Origin: an uncultured Acidobacteriota bacterium
GTDB taxonomy: Bacteria; Acidobacteriota; Vicinamibacteria; Vicinamibacterales; CAVVIG01
Assembly (NCBI GenBank): GCA_963840225.1
Contig: CAWIYH010000002.1
Location: forward strand, 839,934-903,933
Direction of reading: 5' to 3'
DNA length: 64,000 nucleotides
The position numbers and the translations under genes are program-made. Under the pieces are notes generated by a model. The model searched no databases and was not told the DNA's origin. It saw nothing but the letters and a program-made list of their open reading frames with translations. Shown piece by piece: positions 50,995 to 59,123 of this stretch. Positions within the stretch are counted from its first letter, which is position 1. Each line of letters begins with the position of its first letter.

Positions 50995-52221
50995 ATGGAA
51001 CGGATTGTGTTGGCCTATTCGGGCGGCTTGGATACGTCGGTGGCGATCCCCTGGCTCGCGGAGCAGTACCGCGCCGAGATCATCGCGGTCACGATGGACC
51101 TCGGGCAGGGCAAGGAGCTCGAGGCGGTGCGCGATCGCGCGTTGGCCACCGGCGCGGTCCGCGCCCACGTCCTCGACCTCCGCGAGGAGTTCGCGCGCGA
51201 CTACATCCTGGCGGCGCTCAAGGCCGACGCCATCTACGAGGATCGCTATCCGATGGCCACCTCGCTCGGGCGGCCGCTCATCGCGCAGAAGCTGGTCGAG
51301 ATCGCCGAGATCGAGGGGGCGACCGCCGTCGCGCACGGCTGCACCGGGAAGGGCAACGACCAGGTGCGCCTCGACGTCACGACGCGGGCGCTCAACCCGT
51401 CGCTGCGGGTGGTCGCGCCGGCCCGCGACTGGGGCATGACGCGGCCGCAGGAAATCGAGTACGCCCGCGCCCGCAACATCCCCGTGCCCGCCACGGTGGC
51501 GAGCCCGTACAGCACCGACAGCAACCTCTGGGGGCGCTCGATCGAGTGCGGCGTCCTCGAGGACCCCTGGCGCGAGCCGCCCGAGGACATCTACACGCTG
51601 ACCCGGTCGCCCGCCGACTGCCCCGATGAGCCGGCGTACGTCGAGCTCACGTTCGAGCGCGGCGTGCCGACCGCCATCAACGACGTCTCGATGCCGTTCG
51701 TCGACCTCATCGGCAATCTCAGCACGATCGCCGGCGCGCACGGCATCGGGCGGATCGACATGGTCGAAAACCGCCTGGTCGGCATCAAGTCGCGCGAAAT
51801 CTACGAAGCGCCGGCCGCCGTCGTCCTGCACGCCGCCCACAAGGAACTGCAGAAGCTGGTCACCGCGCGGGACCTCGATCGCATGTGCCGCCTCGTCAGC
51901 GCGCGGTACGCCGACGTGGTCTATGACGGCACCTGGTTCACGCCGCTGCGGGAGGCGCTCGACGCGTTCGTCGCCAGCGTGCAGGAGCGGGTCACCGGCG
52001 TCGTGCGGCTGAAGCTCTTCAAGGGCGACTGCCGGATCGTCGGGCGGAAGTCCCCCTACGCGCTCTACGAGCACGCGCTCGCCACCTATGACGCCGGCGA
52101 CCAGTTCGATCAATCGGCCGCGGTCGGCTTCATCAAGATCTTCGGCCTGCCGGTCGAAACCGCCGCGCGCAAGGCGCCCGACGTGCAGCGGAAGGCGCCA
52201 AAGGTGACGGCAGGCGCGTGA
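50995..52221 (+). CDS. argG: argininosuccinate synthase
   Basis: 408 aa, with GGAG upstream. AYSGGLDTSV and AHGCTGKGNDQVRLD. Confidence 0.95.
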   Translation: MERIVLAYSGGLDTSVAIPWLAEQYRAEIIAVTMDLGQGKELEAVRDRALATGAVRAHVLDLREEFARDYILAALKADAIYEDRYPMATSLGRPLIAQKLVEIAEIEGATAVAHGCTGKGNDQVRLDVTTRALNPSLRVVAPARDWGMTRPQEIEYARARNIPVPATVASPYSTDSNLWGRSIECGVLEDPWREPPEDIYTLTRSPADCPDEPAYVELTFERGVPTAINDVSMPFVDLIGNLSTIAGAHGIGRIDMVENRLVGIKSREIYEAPAAVVLHAAHKELQKLVTARDLDRMCRLVSARYADVVYDGTWFTPLREALDAFVASVQERVTGVVRLKLFKGDCRIVGRKSPYALYEHALATYDAGDQFDQSAAVGFIKIFGLPVETAARKAPDVQRKAPKVTAGA

Positions 52222-53603
52222 TGTCGACCCTGTGGTCGGGCAGGTTCGATGTCGCGCCGGACGCCGAGACGTTCGAATTCGGCGCCTCTTTCCGCTTCGA
52301 TCGGCGCTTGTTCGAGGATGACGTGACCGGCAGCCGCGCCTGGGCGCGCGCGCTGCACGCGGCGAGGGTGCTGTCGGGCGAGGAGGCGAGCGCGATCGAC
52401 GAAGCCCTGGCGGCGATTCTTGCGCGCGGGCGCTCGGATCCCTCGTTCGTCGCGGGAGACGACGAGGACGTGCACAGCTTCGTGGAGCGGCAGCTCGTCG
52501 AGCGGCTCGGCGACGCGGGCCGCCGGCTGCACACTGGCCGTTCGCGCAACGAGCAGGTGTCGGTCGACCTGCGGCTGTACCTGATGCGCCGGATTCCGCG
52601 CCTGCAGGCCGCCGTCGCGCGGCTCATCGCGGCGCTTGCCGCGCAGGCCGAGGCGGCCGGCGACGCGCTGATGCCCTCCTTCACCCACCTGCGGCCGGCG
52701 CAGCCGATCCTCGTCGCCCATTTCTTCCTGGCGCACGCCTCCGCCCTCCGGCGCGACTGCGATCGGCTCGGTGCGGCGCGCGCCGAGGCCGATGCCCTGC
52801 CGCTCGGATCGGGCGCCGTGGCGGGGACGAGCTATCCGGTCGACGTGGCGGCGCTGGCTCGCGACCTCGGCTTCAGCCGCCGCGTCGAGAACAGCGTGGA
52901 CGCCTCCTCGGATCGAGACTTCGCGGTGTCCTTCCTGTTCGCCGCCTGCCTGGCGATGGTTCACTTGAGCCGTCTCGCGGAGGACCTGGTGATCTTCTGC
53001 GGAGACGAGTACCGGTTTTTCGAGCTGTCGGACGCTCTCAGCACCGGCAGCAGCATGATGCCCCAGAAGAAGAACCCCGACCCGCTCGAGCTCGTCCGAG
53101 GCAAGAGCGGCCGGGCCATGGGGCACCTCGTGGGCCTGTTGACGGCCATGAAGGGGTTGCCGAGCGGCTACAACAAGGACCTGCAGGAAGACAAAGAAGC
53201 GGTGTTCGACGCAGAGGACACCCTGGCGGGCTCGCTGGCGGCGGCCAGGGCCGTCGTGACCGGGTTGACCCTGGACCGCGAGCGCGCCGGGGCGGCGGCA
53301 TCAGGCTTGCTCCTGGCCACCGACGTCGCTGATTATCTGGTCGGTTGCGGTGTGCCTTTCCGCCGTGCCCATGAGATCGTAGGCGCCCTCGTACGAAAGC
53401 TCGTCGCTGAGCGTCGCGATTTCAGGTCGCTGACGCTCGATGACTGGCGAGCGGCGAGCGAACACTTCGGCGCGGACGTGATCGAGCGGGCCACCGCGCG
53501 CGCGTCGGTCTCGGTGAAACGGACGCCGCAGTCCACTGCGCCGCAGGCAGTGGCCGCGGCCCTGGCGGACGTGCGGGAGTGGTTGTCCCAGATGGCGCCA
53601 TAA
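52218..53603 (+). CDS. argH: argininosuccinate lyase
   Basis: 461 aa (GTG at 52218 overlapping the argG stop, or ATG at 52221). LWSGRF, and the fumarate-lyase signature GSSMMPQKKNPD. Confidence 0.95.
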   Translation: MMSTLWSGRFDVAPDAETFEFGASFRFDRRLFEDDVTGSRAWARALHAARVLSGEEASAIDEALAAILARGRSDPSFVAGDDEDVHSFVERQLVERLGDAGRRLHTGRSRNEQVSVDLRLYLMRRIPRLQAAVARLIAALAAQAEAAGDALMPSFTHLRPAQPILVAHFFLAHASALRRDCDRLGAARAEADALPLGSGAVAGTSYPVDVAALARDLGFSRRVENSVDASSDRDFAVSFLFAACLAMVHLSRLAEDLVIFCGDEYRFFELSDALSTGSSMMPQKKNPDPLELVRGKSGRAMGHLVGLLTAMKGLPSGYNKDLQEDKEAVFDAEDTLAGSLAAARAVVTGLTLDRERAGAAASGLLLATDVADYLVGCGVPFRRAHEIVGALVRKLVAERRDFRSLTLDDWRAASEHFGADVIERATARASVSVKRTPQSTAPQAVAAALADVREWLSQMAP

Positions 53604-53613
53604 AGGCAGCCTA

Positions 53614-53643
53614 TTGCCACTCCGAAGCAAGCTCTGCTAATAT
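53614..53643 (+). promoter_or_regulatory. candidate sigma-70-type promoter (TTGCCA-N18-TAATAT)
   Basis: TTGCCA at 53614-53619 and TAATAT at 53638-53643, in the 93-nt gap after argH and about 54 nt upstream of ATG 53697. Sequence match only. Confidence 0.35.
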
Positions 53644-53696
53644 TGCAGCGCCTTTCGCACTTCTTTCCCCGCCAGAGGCTCCTTCTGGAGAGTTGG

Positions 53697-54404
53697 ATGC
53701 AGCAGCGCCAGCTTCGGCTTGGTGACGTTCTGGACGATTATTGTCCTCGCGAGCGCCGCATTACCAATCACGCCGTCGTCGCCATGGTCGGCCCGGATGT
53801 GAAGCAGACGCGCTGCACGACGTGCGACGCCGAGCACGAGTACAAGCACGCGCGTGTGCCCCGGCAGCGCCGCAAGCCCGACACGCCCGCCGCCTTGTAT
53901 TCGCAGGTGCTGGCCGGCGGGCCCAAGCGTGTCGTTCACGAGCCGTCGGCACCCGAGGTCCCTCCCGAGGAACCGGCGGCTGCCATGCCTGAGGATCTGT
54001 CGACGCTCGAGGCGAATGAGCCTGCAGCGGTCGTGGCGGCGACCGAGCCGGGCGCGACGTCGGTCGAGAGCGACGAAGAGGACGCATCGCGCGACGACGA
54101 GTTCGACGGCCCGGTGCACCGCCCGCTGATTCGCGCGACGCTCCCGCGTCCAGAAGGCCAGCCGCCGCCGACGCGGCCGGCGCCCGAATTCACAATCCGC
54201 CAGCCGGGCGGCCGCCCCGGTCGCTTCCGGCCGCGGCCGGGACGCGGCGGCAAGGCCGGCGGCTTCTACGGCAACCGTCCCAACGGCACTTCGTCGGGCC
54301 CGCCGACGCGCGGCGGCGCGCCGCGCAGCGGCGGAGGGCGCCCGTCGATGAACGCGCGGCCCGCGAGCCACCAGCACGGCCGCGGCCGCAAGCGCTCCAA
54401 ATGA
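53697..54404 (+). CDS. zinc-ribbon-like protein with long Arg/Gly/Pro-rich disordered tail, unknown function
   Basis: ATG at 53697 (GGAGAG upstream; the ORF opens at TTG 53643); 235 aa. N-terminal DYCPRERRITNH...RCTTCDAEHEY (Cys/His cluster), then a low-complexity acidic segment followed by an RG/PG-rich segment. Its stop overlaps the fabI start (ATGA). Confidence 0.5.
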   Translation: MQQRQLRLGDVLDDYCPRERRITNHAVVAMVGPDVKQTRCTTCDAEHEYKHARVPRQRRKPDTPAALYSQVLAGGPKRVVHEPSAPEVPPEEPAAAMPEDLSTLEANEPAAVVAATEPGATSVESDEEDASRDDEFDGPVHRPLIRATLPRPEGQPPPTRPAPEFTIRQPGGRPGRFRPRPGRGGKAGGFYGNRPNGTSSGPPTRGGAPRSGGGRPSMNARPASHQHGRGRKRSK

Positions 54405-55174
54405 CCGACCTCGCCGGCAAGCACGGACTCATCGTCGGCGTCGCGAACAAGCGATCGATTGCGTGGGCCATCGCGCAGGCCGCGGCAGGGGCCGGCGCGC
54501 GGCTGGCGTTGACCTACGCCACGGAGCGGCTCGAAGAGAACGTCCGCGAGCTTGCGGCCACGCTCGACGATCCCCTCGTGCTGCCGTGCGACGTCGCGAG
54601 CGACGATCAGATCGCGGCGGTCGCTCAAACGCTCGACCGCGAGTTCGGCGGTCTCGATTTTCTGGTGCACGGCGCCGCGTTCGCGCCGCAGGCGGAGTTG
54701 TCGAATCCCTTCGTCCAGACGAGCCGCGAGGGCTTTCGCATCGCGCTCGATGTCAGCGCCTACTCGCTCGTCGCGCTCACGCGCGCCGCGGTGCCGCTGA
54801 TGGAGCGTCGGGGCGGGGGCAGCGTCCTGACCCTCACCTATCTCGGCAGTCAACGCGTGTTCACCAACTACAACGTGATGGGCGTCGCGAAGGCGGCGCT
54901 CGAGGCGTCGGTCCGCTACCTCGCGAGCGACCTCGGCCCGCAGAACATCCGCATCAACGCCATATCGGCCGGTGCAATCAAGACGCTGGCGGCCTCCGGC
55001 ATTTCGGGCTTCTCGAGCATTCTGCAGGTCTACCGCGACCGGGCGCCGCTTCGCCGCGGCGTCGACCAGCGCGAAGTGGCCGAGGCCGCCCTGTTCCTCC
55101 TCGGGCCCGGGTCGCGCGCCATCACGGGCGCGGTGATTCCGGTGGACGCCGGATTTCACGCCATGGGCATCTAG
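54401..55174 (+). CDS. fabI: enoyl-[acyl-carrier-protein] reductase (NADH), FabI type
   Basis: 257 aa. GVANKRSIAW and YNVMGVAKAALEASVRYLA (Y-x6-K). Confidence 0.9.
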   Translation: MTDLAGKHGLIVGVANKRSIAWAIAQAAAGAGARLALTYATERLEENVRELAATLDDPLVLPCDVASDDQIAAVAQTLDREFGGLDFLVHGAAFAPQAELSNPFVQTSREGFRIALDVSAYSLVALTRAAVPLMERRGGGSVLTLTYLGSQRVFTNYNVMGVAKAALEASVRYLASDLGPQNIRINAISAGAIKTLAASGISGFSSILQVYRDRAPLRRGVDQREVAEAALFLLGPGSRAITGAVIPVDAGFHAMGI

Positions 55175-55225
55175 CTTGCACCCGCCACCACTGTCCGGGC
55201 TGAGACCGCCGGGCATGGAGGTGTC

Positions 55226-55603
55226 ATGATCCGACTCGACAGAACCGCCCGCCGACTCGTCTGGCTCGTCGTCCTGGCCCTGGCCCTGCCGCTCGTGCTG
55301 GCGGCATGCGGCAAGACGGTCGGCGAGACGGTCGACGATGCGACCATCACGGCGCGCGTCAAGACGGCGCTGCTCAACGATCCGAACGTCGGCGCGATGA
55401 AGATCGACGTCGACACCACCAAGGGCATCGTCACGATGTCCGGCGTCGTGCGGTCGAAGGCCGAGGAGGCCCGGGCCGTCCAGATCGCGCGCGGCATTCC
55501 CGGCGTGCGTGACGTCAAATCGACGCTGCAGGTCAACGGAGGAGAGAACCTGCAACGCTCCTCCGGTCGATCGCGGCCTTCGGCTACCACTCTTCGATCT
55601 TGA
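55226..55603 (+). CDS. BON-domain lipoprotein (OsmY-like)
   Basis: 125 aa, with GGAGG upstream and lipobox LAAC. BON pattern DDATITARVKTALLNDPNVGAMKIDVDTTKGIVTMSGVV...A..IARGIPGVRDV. Confidence 0.75.
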   Translation: MIRLDRTARRLVWLVVLALALPLVLAACGKTVGETVDDATITARVKTALLNDPNVGAMKIDVDTTKGIVTMSGVVRSKAEEARAVQIARGIPGVRDVKSTLQVNGGENLQRSSGRSRPSATTLRS

Positions 55604-56276
55604 TCCGCTCACTCGCGATCCCGAGCGACTCGAGGAGACGCGGAATCTCGTCGACGAGCGCCGGCGGCCCGCAGATGAAGCACAGCGTCTCCGGCACGCG
55701 GATGAGTGGCGCGAGCTCGGAGCGCCCGATGCGGCCGCGCGGGCCGTTCCAGTCCACCTCGGGCGGGCGGGTGACCGTCTGGCGCAGCGCGATCCGCCCC
55801 GCGCGCGCCAGCGTCCGCAGTTCGTCGCCGTACGCGAACTCGCTCGGCCTGCGAGCGCTGTAGGCGAACCCGATCGTCGCGCCGGGCAGACCGAGCGCCT
55901 CCTGCAGCATCGCGTGCAGGGGGGCCACCCCCGTGCCCCCGGCGACGAAGAGAAAATGCCGCTCCGCCGGCTTCTCCGGAAACGTGAACGTGCCAATCGG
56001 TCCTTCGACGTCGACGAGCGCTCCCGGCCTGAGCGTGACGTTGGCGCCGGGTTCGCCGGTCTCACCGACGCCCATCAGGAGCTCCAGCCAGCCGTCGCGC
56101 CCAACTGACGCGGGCGACGCCGCGAGGGAGTACGGGCGCCGCTCCGGATGGCCGTGCGCGGCGACGAGCACGGCCTGACCGGCCTGGTATGGAAACGGCT
56201 CGTCGATGGCAAGGCGGACGATGCGCGCGCGGGGCGTCACGGGCAACACCTCGCGGATCGGAAGCGTCAGCAGCAC
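55584..56276 (-). CDS. ferredoxin-NADP reductase-type FAD/NAD(P)-binding oxidoreductase
   Basis: 230 aa, GTG start. FAD motif RPYSL, NAD(P) motif FVAGGTGVAP, C-terminal FICGPPALV. Confidence 0.8.
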   Translation of the reverse strand: MLLTLPIREVLPVTPRARIVRLAIDEPFPYQAGQAVLVAAHGHPERRPYSLAASPASVGRDGWLELLMGVGETGEPGANVTLRPGALVDVEGPIGTFTFPEKPAERHFLFVAGGTGVAPLHAMLQEALGLPGATIGFAYSARRPSEFAYGDELRTLARAGRIALRQTVTRPPEVDWNGPRGRIGRSELAPLIRVPETLCFICGPPALVDEIPRLLESLGIASERIKIEEW

Positions 56277-56297
56277 GAGAGACTATGCTATCTCACG

Positions 56298-56522
56298 ATG
56301 CCGATGGTCCGTCGCATCCGGGGCGTCGTGCTGCGGCTGGCGCGTCGGCGCCCACTCGCGATCGCGCTGGGCGGCGTCCTCGCGGCGCCCGCGGTCTGGA
56401 TCGAATGGAGCGGCCGGTTCAACGCCTGGTGGGTGCAGGGCCTCGCCCTGATCGCCGGCGCGACGGGGCTGGCGCTTCTCTGGACCGGACTGACTGGTGT
56501 CCCGCCCGACTGGCGTGAATGA
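56298..56522 (+). CDS. small two-helix membrane protein, unknown function
   Basis: 74 aa from the internal ATG at 56298. Basic N-terminus and two hydrophobic segments. Called on hydropathy and position only. Confidence 0.3.
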   Translation: MPMVRRIRGVVLRLARRRPLAIALGGVLAAPAVWIEWSGRFNAWWVQGLALIAGATGLALLWTGLTGVPPDWRE

Positions 56523-56532
56523 GGCGCTGCGG

Positions 56533-59025
56533 CTACAGGATGCCCGTGGCCGAGCGTTCCAGCTCGGCGTCGGAGATGTCCGTCACCGCGCGCAGGGCCG
56601 CTTCGGATCCCCGTGAAGGCAACTGGCGCTTCCGGCGGGCCTTGTCACGATACATGCGGCTGTCGGCCGTCGCCAGCAGCGTCTCGTACGCATCGCCATC
56701 GTGCGGGAACACCGCCGCGCCGACGCTGATCGCGAGCTGGACCGCCTTCCCGGCCCGCGGCTCGAACACGATGCCGTCGACCGCCCGCTGCAGCTCGAGC
56801 CGCTTGCGCTCCGCCTCCTCGCCTCCGCATCCCGACAGCACGACGATGAACTCGTCGCCCGCGTACCGCACGCAGATGTCGTAGGGGCGAATCGCCGTGC
56901 GCAGGACGCCGGCGACTTCCCTCAGCGCGCGGTCGCCAATGTGGTGCCCGTACGTATCGTTGATCTCCTTGAAGTTGTCGAGGTCGGTGACCAGCAGCGA
57001 GACCTCGGACTTCAGGCGCTGGGCGCGCGCGAGCTCGTGCGTCAGGTGCACGAACATGAATCGCGTGTTGGGCAGCCCCGTCAGCGGATCGGTCAGCGAG
57101 TCCTCCTGCGTTTGCTCGAAGACCATCGAGTTGTAGATGACGGCCGCGGCCTGCTCTGAAATCCGATCGAGGAGCCGCCGGTGGTCGTCGGTGTACACGA
57201 GCGGCGAGGTGTGGTAGACGGCCATCGTGCCGATGAATCGCTCGTTGAACACGAGGGGGCAGACCAGTGCGGAGTGGAGCGCGGTCTCGATCGGCCGTCC
57301 GGCGGCCTCGAAGTCGGCGCTCGGCCGCGCGTTGACGAGCGGGCGCCGGTTGCGCGCCACCCAGCCGGTCAGGCCGTGCCCGCTCCGGATGGTCAGCTGC
57401 TGGATCAGCTCGGCCTCGACGCCGGTGGCAAACCGGCACCCCAGCATGTCGGTCTCCTCGTTGTGGAGGAACAGCGCGCAGCAGGAGAAGGGCACGAGGT
57501 TGCTCAGCTTCGACGAGATGAGCGCCATCGTGTCGGCCACGCCCAGGCTGCTGCCCATCGCCTGCGCGATCTCGTACAGCGCGTAGATCTCGCGATGCGC
57601 GAGGGCGATGTCCTGGAACACGTTGGTCCGGCTGGAGGGCGCGGACTCGGTCACCAGGCCGACGGCCGGCTGGGCGGCGGGGGCGTGCGTGGCGACCCGC
57701 GTGAGCTTGCGCGAAGGCTCCTGGCTCGCGTCCGCCTCGGCGCGCAGGTCCGGGTACATGTGGATGAACGCCTCGACCACGTTCGGGTCGAGCGCCTTGC
57801 CGCTTTCCTGCCGCAGCAGCCCGATCGCGGCCTCGAGGTCCATCGCCTTGTGATAGGGGCGGTCCGACATCAGCGCGTCGAAGTAATCCACCACCGCGAG
57901 GATCCGCGCGCCGAGCGGAATCTCCTCGCCGCGCAGGCCGGCCGGATAGCCCTTGCCGTCCCACCGTTCGTGGTGACTGAGGATGAGCGGAGCCACGGGG
58001 TACGGGAAGGGAACGCCGCTGATGATCTCGGCGCCCACCTGGGGATGGATCCGGATCTTCTGGAATTCCTCCTGCGTGAGCGGTCCGGGCTTCGACAGGA
58101 TGTGCTCGGGCACGGCGAGCTTGCCGATGTCGTGCAGGAGCGCCGCCGTCTTCACCCCGTGGATCTCGGTATCGGACATCCCGAGCGTCTTGGCGATGCC
58201 GGCGGCGTACACCTGCACGCGGCGGATGTGGCTCTGCGCGGTCTGGTCCTTCGCGTCGATGGCGAGTGCCAGCGCTTCGATGGTCGCGAGGTGGAGGTCC
58301 GAGACCTGCTGCACGTGGCGCTGCTGATCCTGCACGCGCCCGAGGTAGACCTTGTACGTGCGGTACGTCAGATAGAGCGGCGCGGCCAGGAACCACGCGA
58401 TCCAGTACCCGCCGGTGTCCACGATCCAGGCGCCCATGGCTGCGACGCCGGCGCCAACGAAGTAGCTCGGCGCGCTCCAGAGGAAGTTCTCGTTCCAGAC
58501 CCGCGAGATCGGCTGCCCGGCCGAGAGTGCGATGGCGGTGGCGATGAGGGCCGTGTTGCAGACGAAATACGTGGTCGCGGCGCCGACGAGGGGCTTGGGA
58601 ACCGCGGCCAGCGAGAAGGGCGCGGTCGGCGCGGCCCCGCCGAGCCACGCGTAGGCGGCCCCCGCCGCCTTGACCGTGATCACGAGGCTCGCCATGCTGA
58701 ACAGCGTCCGGTGCACAGGATTGCGCGTGTGCATCCGGAACGTGCACTGGCTCCAGGCGCTCACCGCGGCCACCAGCATCGTCGCATCGGCCCCGATCAG
58801 GAGCAGCGATGCGAAGTCCACCGCGTACGACACCGACATGGTCGAGCGGCTGTTGGCGAGCGGGAGGTGGACCTTGAAGGCCGAGGCGAGCGAGGACAGC
58901 AGCAGGAGCCCGACGAAGAGAGCCGGCTTGGGAAGAGCGAGGGGTGCCGAGCGGATGAGCAGCGCCATGCCCGCTGCGAGCACGGCCCCGACGTACAGCC
59001 GCGCTCCAATCGGCAGGTCGCGCAT
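56533..59025 (-). CDS. membrane-bound HD-GYP / GAF / GGDEF (AGDEF) c-di-GMP signalling protein
   Basis: ATG at 59025; 830 aa. About 8 TM helices; HD-GYP domain (HDIGKLAVP, SHHERWDGKGYPAGL); GAF-like region; GGDEF domain (DLDNFKEINDTYGHHIGD, RYAGDEF) with an RxxD I-site (RPYD) 5 residues upstream. The upstream part of the 1377-aa ORF overlaps the activator gene out of frame. Confidence 0.85.
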   Translation of the reverse strand: MRDLPIGARLYVGAVLAAGMALLIRSAPLALPKPALFVGLLLLSSLASAFKVHLPLANSRSTMSVSYAVDFASLLLIGADATMLVAAVSAWSQCTFRMHTRNPVHRTLFSMASLVITVKAAGAAYAWLGGAAPTAPFSLAAVPKPLVGAATTYFVCNTALIATAIALSAGQPISRVWNENFLWSAPSYFVGAGVAAMGAWIVDTGGYWIAWFLAAPLYLTYRTYKVYLGRVQDQQRHVQQVSDLHLATIEALALAIDAKDQTAQSHIRRVQVYAAGIAKTLGMSDTEIHGVKTAALLHDIGKLAVPEHILSKPGPLTQEEFQKIRIHPQVGAEIISGVPFPYPVAPLILSHHERWDGKGYPAGLRGEEIPLGARILAVVDYFDALMSDRPYHKAMDLEAAIGLLRQESGKALDPNVVEAFIHMYPDLRAEADASQEPSRKLTRVATHAPAAQPAVGLVTESAPSSRTNVFQDIALAHREIYALYEIAQAMGSSLGVADTMALISSKLSNLVPFSCCALFLHNEETDMLGCRFATGVEAELIQQLTIRSGHGLTGWVARNRRPLVNARPSADFEAAGRPIETALHSALVCPLVFNERFIGTMAVYHTSPLVYTDDHRRLLDRISEQAAAVIYNSMVFEQTQEDSLTDPLTGLPNTRFMFVHLTHELARAQRLKSEVSLLVTDLDNFKEINDTYGHHIGDRALREVAGVLRTAIRPYDICVRYAGDEFIVVLSGCGGEEAERKRLELQRAVDGIVFEPRAGKAVQLAISVGAAVFPHDGDAYETLLATADSRMYRDKARRKRQLPSRGSEAALRAVTDISDAELERSATGIL

Positions 59026-59083
59026 CAACTGCCCCAGACGAATTTGTGTCGCACTGGAGTGACTCGGGTGAGCGGATACCGAG

Positions 59084-59100
59084 CGCGGATGATATGCCAG
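59084..59100 (-). promoter_or_regulatory. candidate sigma-54 (-24/-12) promoter
   Basis: The minus strand reads CTGGCATATCATCCGCG, giving GG-N10-GC spacing. The -24 half (CTGGCA) is good; the -12 half is weak (CCGC versus TTGC). It sits in the 98-nt gap between the sigma-54 activator stop and the HD-GYP/GGDEF start. Confidence 0.35.
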
Positions 59101-59123
59101 GTGGGCATCACTGAATCCGTTTT

